A stretch of 64,000 nucleotides of DNA from an uncultured Gemmatimonadales bacterium (GTDB lineage: Bacteria > Gemmatimonadota > Gemmatimonadetes > Longimicrobiales > RSA9), in NCBI GenBank assembly GCA_963798845.1, contig CAWCUS010000006.1:1088001-1152000 (forward strand). The letters are read 5' to 3'. Under the pieces are notes generated by a model. It was not told where the DNA came from. It did no database searches and saw only the letters and a program-made list of their open reading frames with translations. The stretch's first letter is position 1, and each line of letters starts with the position of its first letter. The position numbers and the translations under genes are program-made. Shown here one piece after another: positions 58,213 through 64,000 of this stretch.

Positions 58213-61059
58213 TCAGTGCCGGTCCCGGAACTCCTGGTACAGCTCGTAGTGCCGGTTGTCTCGGGGGTTCACCTCGTCGCCGGCGATCCACATGCGCTGA
58301 ACGTGGCTGGTGATCTCCAGGATATCACCGTCGGTCAGCACCAGGTCGGCCCGCTTGCCGGGTGCGATGCTCCCGAGCTCGCCGCCCAGCCCGAGGATCT
58401 CGGCCGGTGTCAGCGTGATCGCGCGCAGCGCCACGTCGTGCGGAAGCCCGTACGCCCAGTGCCTTGCCGCGAAGTAGGGCAGGTTGCGCACGGCCTCGAC
58501 GCCGCCGGTCGCGACCGCCACGGGCACGCCCGCGGCGTTCAACACTGCGGCATTCGCCCACGCCGCCGCGTAGGACTCGTCGCGGTCGCGCGTCACGCTG
58601 TTGCCGGTGGTGAGGATGACGGGGATCCGGCGCTCCGCCAGGTCGCTCGCCACGTGGTGGGCCGCCTCGCCACCGAGAACGGCGGCCCGTACGTCCGGGA
58701 ACTTGTCGAGGAAGAGCAGGAGCGTGCGGATGTCGCGCTCCCGCGACGCTTCGAAGAGCACCGGCATTTCGCCCAGCACCACCGGCACGAGCGCGTCGAG
58801 CATGGCCCGATCGCCCCCGTGGACCTGCGCTTCGAACGGCTGGTCGGCCGCATCGCGCGTGGACGGCCGCTGCGCGTACAGCTCCGCGCGCTCGAACAGC
58901 GAGACCAGAGCCTCCAGGTCGTCGCCTTCCAGCTTCGGCGCGTCCCACTCGTTCCCTTCCGGCCGCGGGAACTCCACGATCATGGCCGCGCGATCCAGGA
59001 TCGACAGCTTCGCCGGCGTGTCCCCGTGGAGCTGGATCAGCGACCCGGCGCCTGGAATGATGCTGCCGGACATGTGGGTCAGCGCCGTGGTCACGCCGTT
59101 CGCCCGGGCCACGCCGTACGTGGACGAGTGCGGCTGCATTCCCACCATCGCGCGCAGGTGCGGGTTGAACTTGCCCACTTCCTGCTGGTCCGTCGCGGTG
59201 GGCACAGAGCCGATCGGCTGCAGCCCGAGCTCCGTGTCGAGGTCCACGAGACCGGGGAACAGCTGCTTCCCGGCGACGTCGATCCGCTCCACCCCCGCCG
59301 GCACCTCCACCTCCGCAGCCCCGCCCACGGCCGCGATCCGACCGTCGATCACCACCACGGTGCCGTTCTCGATGGTCTGGCCGTCACCCGTGTGCACGGT
59401 CGCGCCCACCAGCGCGAACGACGGCCCCGTCGTCACCCCGGCTGCCCCGCGCGCCGGGGCGCCCTCGTCGGCCGCCCGGGCGGCGGGATCCGCCGGGCCG
59501 GCCGGGCCGGCGAGCCCGGGCGACGGCTGCCGGCTGGCCGCCGTGTGCAGCGCCTCGTCGTCCGTGAGAGAGCGCGCCGCGGCCCACGGCACGGCGGCGG
59601 CGGCGGCCGCCGTTCGCGTCGGGGGGGCGAGCGTGCGCATCGGGAAGTGCCGGTACTCCGATTCGTGCCCTGCGTCCCAGTAGACCAGGCCGTCCATGAT
59701 CGTCATCTGGACGCGCGTCGAGCTGTCGAACGGGTCGCCGCTGAGCAGGGCGACGTCGCCCTGCTTCCCCTTCTCGAGTGATCCGACCTTGTCCGAGATC
59801 ATGAGCTGCTCGGCCGGATACAGCGTGTACATCCGGAGCGCCTCCTCCTTCGGCACGCCGCCGTACTTCACCGGCTTCTGTATCTCGTAAAGGGCCAGCG
59901 TCTGGAGCTCTTCACTGTCGGAGTTCAGGCTGGTCAGCACCCCGTGGTCCCACAGGATCGCCGCGTTGTACGGGATCGCGTCGATGGCTTCCAGCTTGTA
60001 GTGCCACCAGTCGCTGAACGTCGTGGCGTACGCTCCGTGAGCGGCCAGCTCGTCCGCCACCTTGTAGCCTTCCAGCACGTGCACGAAGCCGTCGATCTTG
60101 AAGCCGAACCGATCCGCGACGTTCATCAGCATCAGGATCTCGTCCGCGCGGTACGCGTGGGCGTGCACGCGGATCTTCCCCGCCATGATCTCCGACAGCG
60201 CTTCCAGCCGGAGATCTCGCCGCGGCGGAACCCGGAACGACTTCGGGTCCCTGCGGTACCGGTCCCACTCCGCCTGGTACGCCTGCGCGGCCTCGAAGGC
60301 CTGGACGTAGATCGCTTCCACGCCCTGGCGCGACCACGGGTAGCGCCGCACGCCCTCGCCGCTCCAGCCCTTGCGCGTCACGTTTTCCCCGAGCGCGAAC
60401 TTCACGAGCTGCGGCGCGCCCTGGACCAGGAACTGCTCCGGGTCCTTCAACCCCCAGCGCGGCTTGATGATCGCGCTCTGGCCACCGATCGGGTTGCAGC
60501 TGCCGTGGACGACGTGCGCCGTGGTCACGCCGCCGGTCAGCGCCCGGAAGATGCCGAAGTCCTCAGGGTCCAGCTGGTCGATCACCCGGACTTCGGGGAC
60601 CACGGGCGAGGTGCACTCGTTGCTCGTGGTCATGGCGATGTGGGAGTGCGGATCCACGAACCCCGGGATCGCCGTGTACCCCCGCCCGTCCAGGACCTTC
60701 ACCCCCTGCGGCGCCGCGAGCCTCTGACCGATGTCGCGGATCACGCCATCGCGGATCAGGATGTCCGCGTGCGTCAGGATGGTGCCCGCGGCCGTCCAGA
60801 TGCTGTCGATGTCCTGGATCAGGAGCGATCCGCGGGGCACGGACACCGCGCCCGGCTCCATCTGCACCTTGTAGTCCGGGTGCGTGAGGACCGTGGGCGT
60901 GGCCGCTACCGCGGCCACCTGCGACGGCGCCTCCATGCCGGGTGTGGCCGCCCCCTGCGCCGACACCGCCGATGCCCAGGCCATGGCAGCGATCGCGACG
61001 GGCAGCACGCATGCCGTGCGGTTCATCGACCGCCGCCTCGCCCGAATCGAGCTTCTCAT
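58213..61059 (-). CDS. Secreted protein with two amidohydrolase domains
   Basis: Domain 1 PGFVDPHSH, KFALGEN, HAYRADE, GSLEKGKQGD; domain 2 PGLVDLDT, GSIAPGKRADL; ATGA overlap (alternative start 61026). Confidence 0.88.
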   Translation of the reverse strand: MRSSIRARRRSMNRTACVLPVAIAAMAWASAVSAQGAATPGMEAPSQVAAVAATPTVLTHPDYKVQMEPGAVSVPRGSLLIQDIDSIWTAAGTILTHADILIRDGVIRDIGQRLAAPQGVKVLDGRGYTAIPGFVDPHSHIAMTTSNECTSPVVPEVRVIDQLDPEDFGIFRALTGGVTTAHVVHGSCNPIGGQSAIIKPRWGLKDPEQFLVQGAPQLVKFALGENVTRKGWSGEGVRRYPWSRQGVEAIYVQAFEAAQAYQAEWDRYRRDPKSFRVPPRRDLRLEALSEIMAGKIRVHAHAYRADEILMLMNVADRFGFKIDGFVHVLEGYKVADELAAHGAYATTFSDWWHYKLEAIDAIPYNAAILWDHGVLTSLNSDSEELQTLALYEIQKPVKYGGVPKEEALRMYTLYPAEQLMISDKVGSLEKGKQGDVALLSGDPFDSSTRVQMTIMDGLVYWDAGHESEYRHFPMRTLAPPTRTAAAAAAVPWAAARSLTDDEALHTAASRQPSPGLAGPAGPADPAARAADEGAPARGAAGVTTGPSFALVGATVHTGDGQTIENGTVVVIDGRIAAVGGAAEVEVPAGVERIDVAGKQLFPGLVDLDTELGLQPIGSVPTATDQQEVGKFNPHLRAMVGMQPHSSTYGVARANGVTTALTHMSGSIIPGAGSLIQLHGDTPAKLSILDRAAMIVEFPRPEGNEWDAPKLEGDDLEALVSLFERAELYAQRPSTRDAADQPFEAQVHGGDRAMLDALVPVVLGEMPVLFEASRERDIRTLLLFLDKFPDVRAAVLGGEAAHHVASDLAERRIPVILTTGNSVTRDRDESYAAAWANAAVLNAAGVPVAVATGGVEAVRNLPYFAARHWAYGLPHDVALRAITLTPAEILGLGGELGSIAPGKRADLVLTDGDILEITSHVQRMWIAGDEVNPRDNRHYELYQEFRDRH

Positions 61060-62714
61060 CGCGCACCTCCCGGTCCCACCCGCTTTGCGGTCCACCGGGC
61101 GACGCCGAGCGGGCCCGCGTCCGCCTCGCCCGACGCCTCATCGCCTTGAACCGTCCCGGTGATCTTCACGTCCAGCGTCTGGCCACCCTGGTCCATCGTG
61201 GCCACGGCGGAGATGTGGTCGCCATCAATGGTGCCGTCGCGCACGGGGAGCTTCTGGTCGTGGAGGGTCATGGTGCCCGTGAAGGTGGCGCCGTCCTGCA
61301 CGATCTCCAGCGTCGCCTCCATGACCTCGCCTTCCGCGTCGACGGTCATCGACCACTCGCCGCCGAAGTCCACCGCTTCCTCCGCCGATCCGGCGCCAGC
61401 CTTGCTCGGCGACGCACCTTCCTGCAGACGCCCCTCCACGAACGTGTAGGCCACGCGGCCGTGCTCCGAAAAGAGCGGGCCGCGCGACACCACGAACGTG
61501 GCCGGGAGATGCGCCTCCACCCGCGCCAGCTCGGGCACGCCGAAGAGCCGGGCCGGCGTAGCGGTGAGCGCGAGCAGCGCGGCGTCCGGAGACAGGCCGT
61601 GCTCCAGGGCCTTCCGCACTCCGTCCAGGATCTCGCCCGTGCCGCCGCTGGTCAGGGCGAAGGTCACGCCCGCCGAGTCGAGTCGGCCGGCGTTCGCGTA
61701 CCGATCGAGGAATTCGTCCCGCTCCCGCTGTGCGGCGGCGTCGAGCGCCACGGCGCCCGTGTCGCTCTCCGGCTTCCACCGGCGCGGCTTCGAGAAGTCC
61801 ATCGACACCAGGACCGGGATGCGGCGTCGCCTGAGCGCGTCCGCCACCTTCCAGGCCTCTCCGCCACCCACGATCACCGGGTGGAAGCCGTACTCGTCGG
61901 CCAGCTCGGTCACCCGCAGGATGTCGTCGGCGGCGTCCGCCTTGAAGTACACGGGCAGGTCACCGGCCAGGACCTGACGGAGCACTGCCTCGTCCGGGTC
62001 GTACGAGGGGAACGTCATGCCGCGGGGGTCCTTCTCCCGCGCCACCAGCACCGCCTCCCGATGGCGGGCGTCCTCGAACGCCTGGCGGAAGGTGGCCATC
62101 ACCCCGAACAGCGTGCCGGGATAGACACCCGGGGCACCGCGCAGCTCGAACGTGGGGCCCAGCGCCGGCTGCACCACCAGCGCTTGCGGCGTTTCCTCGT
62201 CGATGCGGTAGAGGACCAGCGCTCCGCGCCCCGGCATGACCGGACCCGATGGGTACACCGCGGCGGCCACGATCCCTTCCTGTCGCGCGTCGGCGCCATC
62301 CTCCCCCGTGGCGGTCAGGTAGTCCACCAGCCGCCGCGACGGCGTGAAGCCGCGCAGCTCCCGCGGCGCGTTCCAGATCTCGATCTTGCTCCGGTCGACG
62401 TCCGGGCGGGGGATCTCGGCGTCGGCTTCGCCATTCCCGTCCACCAGCCCGGGGTAGACGAACAGCGAGTCGCCTTCGAGCACGCGAGCGTCGCCGGGCA
62501 CTTCGACCGTCGGGCCGATCGCCTCGACGAAGGCGCCGCGGACCACGATCGTCACCGCTTCGGTTCGCGCCCCTCCCGCCTGCACCAGGGTCACGCCGCG
62601 CAGCGCGTACGCCGCCGGCGCCGGCACTCCCGTGTACTGCGCGCGGAGCGCTCCGGGGGCTCCCGCGAGGGTCGCCGCTGCGGCCGCGCACGCGAGCAGT
62701 GCTCTGCTCTGCAT
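61056..62714 (-). CDS. Secreted amidohydrolase-like protein lacking HxH, with C-terminal beta domain
   Basis: Signal peptide, VYPGLVDGNG, GLSPDAALLALTATPA, DFGGEWSMTV domain. Confidence 0.8.
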   Translation of the reverse strand: MQSRALLACAAAAATLAGAPGALRAQYTGVPAPAAYALRGVTLVQAGGARTEAVTIVVRGAFVEAIGPTVEVPGDARVLEGDSLFVYPGLVDGNGEADAEIPRPDVDRSKIEIWNAPRELRGFTPSRRLVDYLTATGEDGADARQEGIVAAAVYPSGPVMPGRGALVLYRIDEETPQALVVQPALGPTFELRGAPGVYPGTLFGVMATFRQAFEDARHREAVLVAREKDPRGMTFPSYDPDEAVLRQVLAGDLPVYFKADAADDILRVTELADEYGFHPVIVGGGEAWKVADALRRRRIPVLVSMDFSKPRRWKPESDTGAVALDAAAQRERDEFLDRYANAGRLDSAGVTFALTSGGTGEILDGVRKALEHGLSPDAALLALTATPARLFGVPELARVEAHLPATFVVSRGPLFSEHGRVAYTFVEGRLQEGASPSKAGAGSAEEAVDFGGEWSMTVDAEGEVMEATLEIVQDGATFTGTMTLHDQKLPVRDGTIDGDHISAVATMDQGGQTLDVKITGTVQGDEASGEADAGPLGVARWTAKRVGPGGAR

Positions 62715-62893
62715 GGTTCCGGTCCTGTCTGTGTGGATGGTGGGTCCAGGCAAGAAGAGCAATGTCGGGAGCGGCCGCGGATGGGTCAAGCGAGAGCGGC
62801 CGTGCCCGCAGCCAGGCGGTCAGCCCGCCCGGGGGCGTCCGGCGCCAGAGCCAGCGTGGCGCTTGCGATCGGGCAGAGGGCTCCGCCCGACGG

Positions 62894-63265
62894 TCAGGCC
62901 GCCTTCGGGTCCTCGAGCAGCTCTTCGACCTTGCGACGGATGTCGGCCAGCGACGCTGGCTTGGCCATGTACGCGTCACAGCAGCCCGAACGGAGCACCA
63001 TCTCCGAGTCGCCGCTCTGCGCCAGCGCCGTGAGCGCCAGGATCGGCACGTCGGCGATTTCCCGCTTGATCCAGCGACCGGCTTCGATCCCGCTCATGGA
63101 GGGGAGCTGCAGGTCCATGATCACCACGTCCGGTGGCGCCTCGCGCGCGCAGTCGATGGCTTCCTCGCCGCGGCGGGCGGTCACGACTTCGTGCTCGGCC
63201 GCGAGCAGGTCCCGCAGGATGGTCAGCAGGTCGGGGTTGTCCTCGACGACCAGGATTCTAGCCAT
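62894..63265 (-). CDS. Single-domain response regulator (CheY/DivK-like)
   Basis: ILVVEDN, MDLQLP, ALTA, KP. Confidence 0.92.
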   Translation of the reverse strand: MARILVVEDNPDLLTILRDLLAAEHEVVTARRGEEAIDCAREAPPDVVIMDLQLPSMSGIEAGRWIKREIADVPILALTALAQSGDSEMVLRSGCCDAYMAKPASLADIRRKVEELLEDPKAA

Positions 63266-63316
63266 GCGGGTTAGCCGGAGGTCGGTGATACGCGGTGCTT
63301 CCGAACGCCATTCCAG

Positions 63317-63332
63317 TGCACTATGCGTGCCG
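63317..63332 (-). promoter_or_regulatory. Candidate sigma54 promoter for the response regulator
   Basis: CGGCACGCATAGTGCA with GG-N10-GC spacing, about 50 bp before the ATG. Confidence 0.45.
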
Positions 63333-63364
63333 TGCAAGGCCACAGCCGGGCACCCGCCGCCGCC

Positions 63365-64000
63365 TTACCCCGGTGCGACTCTGCGCGCGAACGCGGACAC
63401 CCGCTCCAGCGCTTCCTCCAGGGTGGTCCGCTCGATCCCGAAGCCGATCCGGACGTACCGCCCGAGCCCGAAGTGGGCGCCGGGGACCAGCAGCACGTCC
63501 TCTTCGGTTCGGAGCCGCTCCGCCAGCTCCATCGAGTCCAGGGGGAGGTCGTAGGACGGGAGGCAGACCGCGCCCGCGTCGTGTCGCCCGAATCGGAAGC
63601 GGCCGGAGGCTTCCGCCCAGGCCTGCACGATCTCCCGATGCTCCCGGATGATGCCGCGGGCCCGGTCCACGATCCTGGGACGCACGTCCTCTCGCAGCGC
63701 CAGCGCGGCGAGGGCGTCGGTCAGGGTGCCCGGCGAGATGGTGGTGTAGTCCTTCCTCGCCCAGAGGTCCTCGGTGAGCTGCGGCGGCGCCAGCAGCCAG
63801 CCGATGCGCAGCCCGGGCAGGCCGTACGCCTTCGACAGCGAGCCCGTGGCGATCACACGACCGTAGCGGCCGAACAGCGTGGGCGTCGCGGGGCCCGCGA
63901 TCTCGGCCCCGGCGTAGACCTCGTCGGCAAGGACCCAGGCCCCGACCCGCTCCGCCGCCGCCAGCACAGCCACGATGGCGTCCTCGCTCAGCACGACGCC
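63365..64000 (-). CDS. Class I/II PLP aminotransferase, C-terminal part (5' end outside window)
   Basis: ADEVY, SLSKAYGLPGLRIGW, VPGAHF..VRIGF. Confidence 0.9.
   Translation of the reverse strand, partial: GVVLSEDAIVAVLAAAERVGAWVLADEVYAGAEIAGPATPTLFGRYGRVIATGSLSKAYGLPGLRIGWLLAPPQLTEDLWARKDYTTISPGTLTDALAALALREDVRPRIVDRARGIIREHREIVQAWAEASGRFRFGRHDAGAVCLPSYDLPLDSMELAERLRTEEDVLLVPGAHFGLGRYVRIGFGIERTTLEEALERVSAFARRVAPG

Noticed and set aside
1..64000. tRNA, rRNA, riboswitch (including cobalamin), IS or prophage, stop-codon recoding
   Set aside because: None recognised by eye; gene breaks are frameshifts rather than in-frame stops. A covariance-model scan is needed to exclude small RNAs.

Overview
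High-GC bacterial chromosomal DNA, probably Gemmatimonadota (inferred from gene content; no marker gene present). I found no rRNA, tRNA, transposase, integrase or CRISPR array. (1) 1-20.7 kb is a surface-glycan tailoring region: GH1, GMC oxidoreductase, Wzx-like flippase, AsnB-type amidotransferase, two sulfotransferases, and a coupled minus-strand operon (carbamoyltransferase, SxtJ-like, SxtK/DUF5989-like, two CopD-like membrane proteins, GT2, two GT4, two AlkP-superfamily paralogues around a Gfo/Idh/MocA oxidoreductase, SGNH protein). At least seven single-base frameshifts cluster here, probably sequencing errors. (2) 21-29.5 kb: small Cys/His protein, orphan CpaE, C2-like protein, M14 peptidase, OPT transporter, DUF481 barrel, lipase. 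(3) 29.5-35.6 kb: a carotenoid locus with a CarH/LitR B12 photoreceptor, back-to-back promoters, cruF, crtI and a prenyltransferase-phytoene synthase(-exported domain) fusion. (4) 35.7-64 kb: phosphoesterase, CBS protein, psd with an apparent CTG start, class-V PLP enzyme, an OmpA lipoprotein flanked by two different repeat arrays, a GbsR-regulated RND pump, a beta-propeller-MarC fusion, Ktr/Trk K+ uptake, MBL hydrolase, M28 and M1 peptidases, PAS-GGDEF-degenerate EAL protein, three amidohydrolase domains in two genes, a response regulator and a partial aminotransferase. Best candidates for novelty: the fused carotenoid synthase, the carbamoyl/sulfo-glycan operon with His-substituted AlkP paralogues, and the propeller-MarC fusion. 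All calls come from motif reading only.
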